A DNA stretch of 64,000 nucleotides, from contig BCGN01000007.1 in assembly GCA_001599295.1 (NCBI GenBank), positions 1,167,791 to 1,231,790 of the forward strand, given 5' to 3'. The first letter of the stretch is position 1, and every line of letters starts with the position of its first letter. A model generated the notes under the pieces. That model ran no database searches and was not told the origin of the DNA. It saw only the letters and a program-made list of their open reading frames with translations. Positions 11,666 through 22,644 of the stretch are shown in pieces. The DNA is from Sporopachydermia quercuum (Eukaryota). The position numbers and the translations under genes were made by a program.

Positions 11666-12018
11666 ATTGATTGTTTATGTGAGGCTACCAAACCTTTGGT
11701 AAGGATGAGGAAAAAGAAACACGAGTTCAGGCAGCTGGCAAAATCTTAGTAATAGTAAATATTGATAATTGTCCGAGACGACGTTTAATGTTTCCTAAGA
11801 GATTACTACAATTGAAAGACTGTTTATAAATAAACGATGTATTTAGTTAGGTGATAAATGTGATAGGAAAAGTGGAGAAAATGGTGATTTGGTTTGTTTA
11901 CATTTTGTCTTAAAAAGAGATAGAAACGGAAATGATGTAAAAGAGTGTGCATGTTGGTGCATATTTATGCATATATTATACGTGATTTTACAGAAATTGG
12001 CATAAGGTAGAATATGTG

Positions 12019-12024
12019 ACGCGT
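12019..12024. promoter_or_regulatory. MCB element (ACGCGT) upstream of SPC97
   Basis: Exact ACGCGT about 350 nt upstream of a spindle-pole gene. It is a single hexamer, so it could be chance. Confidence 0.35.
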
Positions 12025-13522
12025 TGATAGGTGTTCCAGACTGTCTCCACTGAAAAATTAGCGATTGAAATTGATAAGCATATGGTGATTTCATCATTAG
12101 CTAATAAACTCGATGTAATTTGCTTTAAAAGCAAAGTAGTTCAGCTGAGAAATTTTGAAATAAAATTTTACTGCTTTTACTGCTTTTACTCCTCGGTGCC
12201 TCACAATCTATAACTGATAATGAAATGCATAAGTATGCAGTATCTATCATATATCATGCATGGTTCTACTTTTCTTGCAATGCAGATCTGTGAATTTATG
12301 CGAAGCAATAGAAGACGAATTGGTAGAAAAAGGAGAATAATATATCTTGTAAGTAAGTGATGATTTATACCGTAGATCCTTTGCTTTAAAAACAAAGCAC
12401 TATCTTAAAACTTTGAGCAACCTTCGAATACTAAAAAATCAGGCAAATAACTAATCATTTAGTACTTTGGGGCCTTCTGGGTATCTATGTGTTGTACTGT
12501 GGTAACATGCACTAATGTGTACTATTAACGTTTAATCATGTATAAATCATGCAAATTCATGCATACATCTGCATAAATCTGTACAGTATGTCTTCATAAG
12601 GAGCTATATAATATAATCCGAATTACTTCTAAACCATCTATTAATATTTGAGTTCAGGTACAAGAGGTTAAACCTTTAAGCATACCAGCATGCGATTTGT
12701 CCATTTTCCAATTAATTCAAGAAACTTAATTGATCCGCTTAAGGAGTAATCTTCTAAGAGGTATGTCTTTACTTTTATTCTTGTTTCTATCCTTTTCAAC
12801 TACGATCACACGTATACCCCTCTTCCTCATCTTATCATCTCCGGTATTCCCCTTCTTTCTTACTTAATCTGATCCATGTTCAAAGGGGAGATCCTAAAGA
12901 TCATATCTTCCGTCATCAAATAAGCAATGAACACCAAACGAACAGAAGAGATAAACAAATCAACAGATATTTACATGCTTTGCATAGTAAAGCAGCTATT
13001 TCAATGTACTATTTGATCTGGAACATGCCCGAAAGCCTCTTGGTGATCAATTGAGTGTATGAATGATTGATTGTGGATGTGGCTTCTTCTGGATCTGCTG
13101 AAATTCTGTTCATAGTGGATTGTTGACTGATTGATTGAATGATTGACGAACATTACACCCTTTGAAAGGAGCAAAGAACGAAGTGCTGAAGATTACAGCA
13201 AACAAAGGAGCAAATAGAGCATCTGTCGAGTTATTAGCTGTTATTGGATGGTTAATAGCATAGAAGTATTTTCTAGCTGCATCACTTAGAATAGGACTCA
13301 CTATCGAGCTGCTAAACAGCATAGAAATACAACACAATACAGTACATATTCTTTATTTATTTGATAGCATAAAGACCAACAAAAAAACCTATAAACCACG
13401 CCAAGAGAACCAACACGCTGGGCTCCAGATTATAGATGAAGTAAAACTAGTGCGACGAGACGAAATATATTTAACAAATGGGAACCAGTGATAGGAAATC
13501 AAGTAAGGGGAACTCACCAGAG

Positions 13523-16405
13523 ATGGTCCAAGTTTGTATGTGATTTTGCTATTCGCCATTGATTGCTATTTGGGATTGCTGTTTCTTTCTTTCATAAGAA
13601 AGATCTACAGTTTGGTTGAAGTCATCTCGAAAGAAGTATCTTAATATACTAGTATACTACTGAACGTCGTAGTCATGGCTCCTATCATATCACTATAATT
13701 TTGCTATACTAACATTAATATACCGTTAGATCGATCTGATTATATCTTTGATGAACATGGAGGAAAAGGAACTCCAGTGTCGTCATATTTTAAAGAAAGG
13801 TCAGTTTCGCGTGAGTTTGATAGGACTGCGAGCTCTGATGCAATGTATGTCTTTTTGTTAATACTTAGAGATTATAAGGAAGTATAGTAAGCTATAATAG
13901 TAGAATGGGATATAATTGTTTGCGAAGGTTAAAGGACATCTTCAATAGCAGTATGCTATTGCCATAGTATTATGATGGTGTTATTGATGGTATATGTTAT
14001 GAACTGTGACTTATGTGTTGTTATAATTGTTAGTATACAGGTCTAACACGCTACTGCTCACTATTGAATGACATCATCAAAATCCAAATACAATCTATCA
14101 TACAAAAGCATTATCACTATTATTGGCATTGTTATGTTTTTGATGGGTATATTACCATCCTATCATCTTTCTTGTTATACTTCCACGTTTGCATAATCTA
14201 GTTCTAACATTTATTAGTGATGAAAAAGTAATTGGTGCTTCATTTTCGCATGCTGATATTCTACTGCAATCAGGGTATGTATAGCATTGAGAGTTGATGG
14301 ATTGAAGGAATTTACGTGAAATGACAGCAAAAATAGATTTGCTTTATTTGCTGGTATTACAAGAGAACCTGTTTATTTGAAATCACAAGGAATGGTATTT
14401 CTGCGTGTTATTCGTGATCTTTAAATGATTTATAAAAAGAATGGTACCAAAAGTCAGAACATAATAGCAATTGATGTATTAAAGTAAGATGTCAAAAAAC
14501 AGAAAGCAACTGTTATAAATCAACAGTAATTTACAGAGTGGACATTTAATTAAGGAAATCATTTGTGGCGTTATTGTTATTGCTACTAGGTGTCTGTTTT
14601 GTTGATTACAAGTTTGATCTGTCAATTAATAAGAGATTTGCTAATTAATGAATACTTGTCATTTGTTAATTCTGATTAACAGTTTCTAAAAGATTCTTGG
14701 TTATGCATTGATTAGTGCATCAATTCAACAGCATTAATTCATAAAGTGAATTTATGAGAGAAAGCAACATTCAATACTGGAACAGCAACAGAAACTCAAA
14801 AGTTCGTTGACGTTGTTAGTATTTACAATTAATGCTGGCAATATGCTGTTTATGTCAATTCCTGTCAACTCCTTATTAAACACGCTCCTACTTAAATACT
14901 AACCTTCTAGGTCTCTCTCCAACAAAACCCATAAACTCTCACTGAATCCTAAACATAAAAAAGATACTTATGAAGACAGCGACGACGATTGGGACTCAAA
15001 TGTTGATCGGAGTTTGAAATCAGTGAATGCTCCTGCCAAATCAGTAGTAAATATGCCTCAGTTGAAAGACTTGCCAGCAATAACTGCAACAAGATCAAAC
15101 GAAGAAAGGAGACCAATTAACAGAACAAGCAGTGCTAGAAGCTCAAAAGAGATCCATTCTGCTAAATACCTTGTTGAGAGTAGAAGCAGCAGTCTTAGTA
15201 GCAATAACAGCTTTGCTAATAGCACTAGCACTAGTACTAGTAATCAGAATAACAACATCACTATCACCAATAATTCCAGTCCTACAGGCAATTCCAACTC
15301 TCATCCTTCTAATATTTCGGGTGTCAAAAACTCAATCGATGGTATTATCAAAGACCCTTCTTCGCGTCTACAGAAAAGCTATACTTCAATAGCATCAGCA
15401 GAAAAGAAAACATATGCAGAAGTAGAAGAACTGAATGCCAAGATCGCCAGATTCACCAAATTCAAAAATGTCATCAGCGCCAATAAAGTAGATTTAAACG
15501 AGGTTAGGAAACTTGCTTGGTCTGGCATCCCCGACGCTTTAAGACCTGTGACTTGGCAATTGCTACTTGGCTATTTACCTACAAACAGCGACAGAAGAGC
15601 GTCCACTCTTGCTAGGAAAAGGAAGGAGTATCTTGATGGTGTTGAACTGGTGTTTTCCTCAGAAATGGATCAGACAACTTGGCATCAAATAGAAATCGAT
15701 GTCCCTAGAACAAATCCTCATATTAAACTATATAGCTATCCTACGACTCAAAAATCACTGGAGAGAATACTGTACCTATGGGCTATTAGACACCCAGCTT
15801 CTGGGTACGTCCAAGGCATTAATGACCTAACTACACCTTTTTTCCAGACGTTTCTATCGTGCTATATAAATGAAGACCCAGAAAGCTACGACCCGGGTCA
15901 ATTGCCGAAAAATGTGCTAGATGCCATCGAAGCGGACACCTTCTGGTGTCTTTCCAAGCTGTTGGAAGGCATACAGGACAATTACATTCATGCCCAGCCA
16001 GGGATTATTCGCCAGGTAGCGGAGCTAAGAGATTTGGTGAGCAAGATCGACCCCGAGCTGGTGCAGCATTTTGATCAGCAAGGCATTGAATTTATACAGT
16101 TTAGTTTCCGATGGATGAACTGTATGCTTATGAGAGAGCTTAGTTTGAAAAGTAGTATTCGGATGTGGGACACGTATATGTCTGAAGGTTCTAATGGGTT
16201 TTCAGCGTTCCATGTTTATGTGTGTGCAGCATTTTTAGTTAAATGGTCTGATGTGTTGATTGAGATGGAGTTTCAGGAGATATTGATGTTTTTGCAGGCT
16301 CCGCCTACTGGGGATTGGACTGAGAAGGACATTGAGTTGTTGTTGAGTGAGGCATTTATGTGGCAGAGTCTGTATAAGAATGCGGGGGCTCATTTGAGGT
16401 CCTAG
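13523..16405 (+). CDS. GYP1: TBC-domain Rab GAP Gyp1; join(13523..13535,13730..13844,14218..14274,14911..16405), 559 aa
   Basis: Three GTATGT donors (13536, 13845, 14275) with branch/acceptor sets TACTAAC..TAG 13729, TTCTAAC..TAG 14217 and TACTAAC..TAG 14910. All phases give one continuous frame starting MVQVYRSDY. TBC motifs LAWSGIP, QIEIDVPRT, SGYVQGINDL and QFSFRWMNC. Confidence 0.93.
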
Positions 16406-17586
16406 CGTGCAGGAGATGCCGAGACCGAAACGGAGGTGCGTGCGTATGTGGAAGCGGAAGCGGCGCAGGCGGATACTATTTATCGTCTGGTTGTCTCTCA
16501 AATTCTTCTAATTAACTCTGTTTCTTGCTTGAGTGAAAGAACGAGCGAAGGTATCCTCTGAGTGTCAAGGAGCCTAAGGATCATATAGTAGGAATCACCT
16601 GTTGATATGGCATAATAATGCATATTAGAAAGAGCCAATTAGCATTCCCAGCATTTAATTGAATAGAAAACTGACTATTAATTTAATGCTGTAACGTAAT
16701 AGTGGAAACCTATGAAGACCATGAAATCCTTGAAACCCTTGAAACCCGATAATATGCTACTGCCTCTTTCTTTCTTTGTGTTGGACATTCTTGGAACGAA
16801 CAACATAAAGGTATGTTACCTTATCACCTAAAGCCTACATTCAAAGCATAATATAACACAGGAATTGGATAGGCAAAGGAAAAGGTAACTTTGGACTACA
16901 ATCTTTCGTCAGAACAGTCTATACGCCAAGATTCGGTGTCGCATTGAACGTATCCCGTTTGTATGACATTATGTGCTATGTGGATGCTGTAGATGCTACG
17001 ACTGATGAAGGAAATGCAACATTCAGGTATAACAATCAGATTGGGATAATGAAGATAAGAAAGGAGAACAGATCAGAATTGACCCCTCTGGCTGGACTGC
17101 GCTCCGACATTTTACCTCCGACACGTCACCATCCGGATCTTTTCCCGCATTCAAATGTTCAATTGCCTCAACTGAAGAAACTAGAATGTGCTCAAATAAA
17201 TACACTTTGCCAGAATACCTCCTACGTTCACCATCACTTGTACCGTTCATAAATGTCATACATATCACATCCTTTTAGTATTCCTTATTGAATCAACACG
17301 TATTGATAACAAATTAGGATTACTTTTGCTGACAACAAAAGCTAAAACATATAACAATCTCGAGTTCCTCTGAGGATCCTCCATAAACATATAACATATC
17401 ATATATACATGCTAAGCAATAAAAGCACTAAACATTCATTATAATAAACCAATAATAAACCAATCAGTGACAACCATTTGGTAATAGTAAGGAGAATATA
17501 GTATCATTGAATATATATATAAGGAACAATAAAATAAATCACAAAAACAATAATAAAAAGATAATAATAAAAACATTGGTAAGAAA

Positions 17587-17657
17587 TGCGTCAGCCCGGA
17601 GTCGAACCGGGGGCTCTTCGATGGCAACGAAGAATTTTACCGCTAAACCACTAACGC
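17587..17657 (-). tRNA. tRNA-Gly(GCC)
   Basis: GCGTTAGTGGTTTAGCGGTAAAATTCTTCGTTGCCATCGAAGAGCCCCCGGTTCGACTCCGGGCTGACGCA: 71 nt, anticodon arm CTTCG-TTGCCAT-CGAAG, GGTTCGA T-loop. Confidence 0.97.
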
Positions 17658-19032
17658 AGTTAGTTGGAGTTTTGAAAACATTGGAGGTTATAATTGATTT
17701 AAATATTAATTTTGAAGCTGCAGCTTTTCGATTGGGCTGTTTAGTTATTTAATTTTTGTATTTTAGACGTATCAGTATATTGATTGTTACCAAGAAGGCT
17801 TTGCCTATTTTCTTGCTATATCCTGACTGAAAAAACTAATTACTAGTAGAATCTAGTTGATGTGTCTGAAATGTCCGGTAGAAATGAAGAAGCCGCAGTA
17901 GCTGTACTGATTATTGTTGGTATTCTCTGCTCTGTTGGTGCCCCTATTTAGTTGTGCTGCGGATAAGAAAGCTGAGATGCGTTTTAAGTGATAAGTGACA
18001 GTTTTCCAGAATTCAAGAATTCAAATGCACTTGGAACGGCTTTTCTTTCTTCTTTTCATGGTATAGTCAATAAAAGAAAGGTATAGTCACGTGATTGTGG
18101 TCTCAGAATTCACATGTATCTCATTTCCCAAAAAATACTTGCATGTAATTTGCATAACCTTCTAAACTCCTCTTTTATGCTATGTCATTTATTCACCTCA
18201 CTTATCAACCAGAATCATTAAACCATTTCCTGTCTTTAAACACCTTATTAGCTTGTTTTTTAGTAATCTCCTCTCTCCTACGAACTTTTTTGTCCCCTGT
18301 ATTCTCCCCCTTTCTACGTGACCTTGGTAAAACCTTGCTCTCTCTTGCATATTCCTGCATCACTAATCGAACTCTATTTGTCTTGCTCTTTCAATAATTT
18401 TTCATTTTCTCATCTTTTCCTGTTTTTCTGTCTACATATGCTGTAGTTCTTCTTTCCCTACACCTTCATGACATTATTTCCAAACCAGAATTCTGCCTGC
18501 GATCAAATTTTTGCTATTGCGACATCTCTGTTCCAAAAAAGCTGTTTCTTCAACTCTAAAACTGTGTGTTATATCCTGTAACATAACATATTAACATACC
18601 CTCACTGACTGTTCACCACTCACCGTCAGTATAACAAATGTACCATAAAATATGAACTAGTACATCTGTAAGACTTGGAAATAGTAGAAAAACACATTCC
18701 AGGAACCATCCTGAATTTCTGCCCATTTCACTCATTTCCACTTGTTTCTACTCATTTCTCATAAGTATTCAAACAACTGCTCAGGTGTTTGATCTCACAG
18801 CTCTCATTCAGCCTTGATCTGCCTTTACTACCGAACAGGGTGTCCAACCCTCAAACGGTTCTGCCAATTTTCGCTCTGGCCCTCAAATCCCATTAGGAAA
18901 GTCTCAAACAGTGCCAGAAGCGCTAGAAGCAAACCCAACAAGTATCGGAAGCCCCAGCTATCTAGACCCAAATCAGGGTTTCCCCAACAATCTCTGCTAT
19001 CACCTGGTACCAAAACCATACCTATTGGCACC

Positions 19033-22000
19033 ATGGACTCCGTTATCAGCTTCAAGCTCTTCAACGGGACCCATCCGACAGTGGATATAAGCCATTCCTG
19101 TTTCGTTATGCAAACAGATAACGGGAAACGCCATTTGTTCGGGAAAATTCCCGAAGGAGTCCAGAGATCTCTTTCAAGGTCGGATGCGAAGATGGGGAGG
19201 ATAGAGAACCTCTTTTTGTCGGGCCAAGTCAATGTGGGCTCCATCGGCGGCCTCGCGGGGTACATTTTGACGGCTGCTGACAGGAAACTGAAGAAACTGC
19301 GCTTGGTTTCCGGCAGCAACGATATAGAATATGCCTGTGCAACCTGGCGATCTTTTGTCTTCCGCAAGGGCTTGGATCTCATAACTGACGTTCCCAGCAG
19401 GCACAGTGCTTTTATAGACGACCATATGGCCGTGGTGCCCGTGAAAACTGGTTTGCTTTCTATTGTCGATTTTAACGGTAACCACGACTCGAAAAACGTC
19501 CTTCAGAATATCCTCAGGTCCATGTTTCCTACAGACGATAATACCAATCGAGGAGCTGTTGATGTCAACGAGTTTGGTGAACTGGCAACGGTAGAACTAC
19601 GCAACGAAGAAGAAGCTATGGGCGCCAATCTACGGCATCTGCCTTTCTATCAGCCAGACGGAATATCTACGAGCTATATTATACATTTCAAGCCGGCGAG
19701 AGGCAAATTTCTGCCTGCGAAGGCCAGGAATCTCGGGGTTCCCCCAGGGCCGTTGTATGGCGAGCTTAGCATGGGAAAAGACGTGGAGTTAGCTGATGGC
19801 NCCGTTGTGAAGTCTCGCGATGTTGTCGAGCCTCCGCGGCGCTANTTGCGGGTTCTTGTCGTTGATGCTGTTGATGACGACCATTTAAAGGAAATCATGG
19901 GCATCAGCGTGTGGAATAAAGGTATTGAGATCGATTTAAGCGGTGACAGCAGCAGCAGCACTGCCAACAAAGGTTTCAGCAGTGAAAACGCATTCAGAAA
20001 CATCCAATTCACCAATACAACAGAACCTGTCGGCCTGGTATACCATTTCCTGGGGGAGAAAGTCAATATCTTCAGCCCCGAGTATCTGGAATGGATCAAA
20101 TCGTTTGGCGATGGGTGCCAGCATATAATTGCTCATCCTATATACAGTGCCAACAGCATTAACTATCATTCGGCGGCCAGGTTGTGCCAGAAGCTGAATT
20201 CTGTCCAACCAGACCAGTTTCCTGTGCCGAAATGCTCTCCCGCACGAGAGGATTTCCAGCGAAGATTAAAGGAGTTTCTGGCAGAGAATAAGGAGGAATT
20301 TGGGGAAAGCCTGTGTGAGAGAATAATGCTGATGGACTCCAGCACAGACTTTGTAGTGAATCCTGGCGGAGAGAAGGTTGGCGTCAGCTACGGGAAACGG
20401 TATTCTGACGATCTTGACGAGTATTATGACAATTTGAAGGAGGAAGAGCGAATCAAAGAGGCTGATAGAAGTGGAAATAGTAGCAGAAATGGTAGAAATG
20501 ATAGGAATAGCCGAGAAAGCAGTAGAAGCAGCGATGAGAAGGAGAAGAATGTTATGAAAGAAGCTGGCGATGCTACGACAGCTGATAGTAGCGGATCTAC
20601 TGGCAAATCAATTGCAGCTGTTAGTTCTATTATCAGCTCTTCTGCTCTTGATCCGGCTGTTGATTCTACTAATTCCACCAATCCCACTATCAAACCTTCT
20701 AATTCTCCTGCTAAACCTATTGATTCCATCGCATCTACTGATAGACAGCTAAATTCCAGTCCTGCTGAAACAACTGCCAGCGCTGTCGGACCCTTTGAAG
20801 CCTCAGAAAATCCTATTTCCTCCACTTCCCCTAATTCTGCTGCCCAATCGGAAAATCCTCTCTTCCAGCCGGTCCCCCAATCTGCGCAATCGGCCCTAAG
20901 TCCTGCTACTGACGAGATGGCGCTGGAAAACCTGGTGGAGGTCCTCACGCTGGGNACCGGCAGCGCTCTTCCTTCAAACTACCGCAACGTCTCCGGGACC
21001 ATCGTCCGGATTCCCATTGGCACTGCCGGCAAGTCTTCCACTACCGCCATTGACTACACTTCCGTAGTGCTGGACTGCGGAGAAAACACCCTGGGGACAC
21101 TCCTACGCTTCTACGGTGAATCCCAAACAGAAGCTTACCTGCTGGAAGTCCATACACTGTTTCTAAGCCATCTCCATGCCGATCACCATTTAGGGTTTCT
21201 GGGGCTAATCAAAAAATGGACAGAGGTTCACCGGAAACATAAAACGGCGAAACGGCTGTTGATGATCGGTCCGTTACAGTATAATGCGTTTTTAAAGGAA
21301 TGGATTCTGCTGGAGAAGGAAGCAGGCTTAGAAGCGGTTGACTATTTATGTGCGGACGAGCTTTTAGAGCAGAGAAATACAAATAGCAGTAGCAGCTTTA
21401 ACAGCTTTAACAGTAGCTTCAACAGGAGCTTTAATGCTCATAACCATACTAATAACCATACTAATAACTATGCTAACAACCACACTAGCTATCTCCAACA
21501 AAGACTGGCTATTAACAACCTAACAGCCATCAAAACTGTCCGCGCCATTCACTGTTTTTTCTCCTATTCCGTCACCATCGACTTCCGTGCTATCAACGGG
21601 AAGCTCTTCCGAGTCTCGTATTCTGGTGATACTCGGCCTAACATGTTTTTCTCTGCCGTGGGGAAAAACACCGATCTCCTCATCCACGAGGCCACCCTGG
21701 AAGACGCGTTGAGGAAAGATGCCATTGCCAAGAAACATTCTACATTTTCGGAGGCTCTGGCGGTAGCTAAGAGCATGCAGGCCCGTTATACGGTGCTGAC
21801 GCATTTCTCGCAACGGTACCCCAAGCTTATGAGGTGCAGCGGAGCTTCTGGCGATGCCCCCGATGCGTCAATTGCCTCGGAAGAGCTGGAATCCATGCCA
21901 CTGATGTTCCAGAGGTTTCTGGGAGTCGANGGGCGCCAGGAGGGCAAGGGCATGCAGCGGTATATCAATCTGGCGGAGGACATGAACATAGCGTATGCAT

Positions 22001-22644
22001 TTGACGGCATGAAGGTGAATTTGAACGATATCGCTGCTCAGAAGGACTGTTTGGACGAGCTGGAAGCAGCTTTGAAAGACGCCGTGCGAAGCGACAACGA
22101 GGACAGCGAAGGGGAGAGAGAGAAAGAGAAAGACCAAGAAAGAGAAAGAGGAAAGAAAAAGACGGAAAAGAAGGAAAAGCAGGCAAAGAGGGAAAAGAGG
22201 GAAAAGAAGGAAAGAACTGGGAGTGGGAATGACAATGGAAGGGTGAGGAAAGAAGCAGCTAAACACCATGACAATAAAAACATCATTAACAGCAATAATA
22301 ACAGCAATAATAACGACAGTAATAGCACTAGGATCAAGGTGAAGGAAAACAAGAATAGAAGCAATAGAAACAATGGCATTGTTCTCAGCAAAAGAGCCAA
22401 GCTGAATTCAGGCTATAAAAGCATTAATAACAAAAGCAACACCGAAACCATGTGGAAATCTCTTAACAGCAATAATGAGAATATAAACTATGGGCTGAAC
22501 GCCGGCAATTGTAGCAGTGGCAGCAATGGAAACAGCAGCAATTCTAATGACGACAGTGAAGAGATTTACTTCTCTGAGGCAACAATAATCAAATTGCGGA
22601 AATATACAGATAGGAACGCTGAAGCGGATGCTGGCAGTGTTTAA
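19033..22644 (+). CDS. TRZ1: tRNase Z, long form (ELAC2-like); first AUG at 19033, frame open upstream to 18793
   Basis: Motifs FGKIPEGVQR, IGGLAGYILT, RGKF...LGVPPGP exosite, TLxTGSALPS.YRNVS, LDCGE, SHLHADHHLG, YSGDTRP, LIHEATL, KKHST and LTHFSQRYPK. Contains large low-complexity insertions. Confidence 0.95.
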   Translation: MDSVISFKLFNGTHPTVDISHSCFVMQTDNGKRHLFGKIPEGVQRSLSRSDAKMGRIENLFLSGQVNVGSIGGLAGYILTAADRKLKKLRLVSGSNDIEYACATWRSFVFRKGLDLITDVPSRHSAFIDDHMAVVPVKTGLLSIVDFNGNHDSKNVLQNILRSMFPTDDNTNRGAVDVNEFGELATVELRNEEEAMGANLRHLPFYQPDGISTSYIIHFKPARGKFLPAKARNLGVPPGPLYGELSMGKDVELADGXVVKSRDVVEPPRRXLRVLVVDAVDDDHLKEIMGISVWNKGIEIDLSGDSSSSTANKGFSSENAFRNIQFTNTTEPVGLVYHFLGEKVNIFSPEYLEWIKSFGDGCQHIIAHPIYSANSINYHSAARLCQKLNSVQPDQFPVPKCSPAREDFQRRLKEFLAENKEEFGESLCERIMLMDSSTDFVVNPGGEKVGVSYGKRYSDDLDEYYDNLKEEERIKEADRSGNSSRNGRNDRNSRESSRSSDEKEKNVMKEAGDATTADSSGSTGKSIAAVSSIISSSALDPAVDSTNSTNPTIKPSNSPAKPIDSIASTDRQLNSSPAETTASAVGPFEASENPISSTSPNSAAQSENPLFQPVPQSAQSALSPATDEMALENLVEVLTLXTGSALPSNYRNVSGTIVRIPIGTAGKSSTTAIDYTSVVLDCGENTLGTLLRFYGESQTEAYLLEVHTLFLSHLHADHHLGFLGLIKKWTEVHRKHKTAKRLLMIGPLQYNAFLKEWILLEKEAGLEAVDYLCADELLEQRNTNSSSSFNSFNSSFNRSFNAHNHTNNHTNNYANNHTSYLQQRLAINNLTAIKTVRAIHCFFSYSVTIDFRAINGKLFRVSYSGDTRPNMFFSAVGKNTDLLIHEATLEDALRKDAIAKKHSTFSEALAVAKSMQARYTVLTHFSQRYPKLMRCSGASGDAPDASIASEELESMPLMFQRFLGVXGRQEGKGMQRYINLAEDMNIAYAFDGMKVNLNDIAAQKDCLDELEAALKDAVRSDNEDSEGEREKEKDQERERGKKKTEKKEKQAKREKREKKERTGSGNDNGRVRKEAAKHHDNKNIINSNNNSNNNDSNSTRIKVKENKNRSNRNNGIVLSKRAKLNSGYKSINNKSNTETMWKSLNSNNENINYGLNAGNCSSGSNGNSSNSNDDSEEIYFSEATIIKLRKYTDRNAEADAGSV

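Noticed and set aside
12690..12925. GTATGT plus a pyrimidine-rich intron-like stretch between SPC97 and GYP1
   Set aside because: No good branch point and no ATG-initiated frame across the junction.
18828..22400. Many antisense ORFs over TRZ1 (likewise over NUP133, VPS5, YNG1, alpha-actinin and WSC4)
   Set aside because: Shadow ORFs produced by codon bias and low complexity of the real genes.
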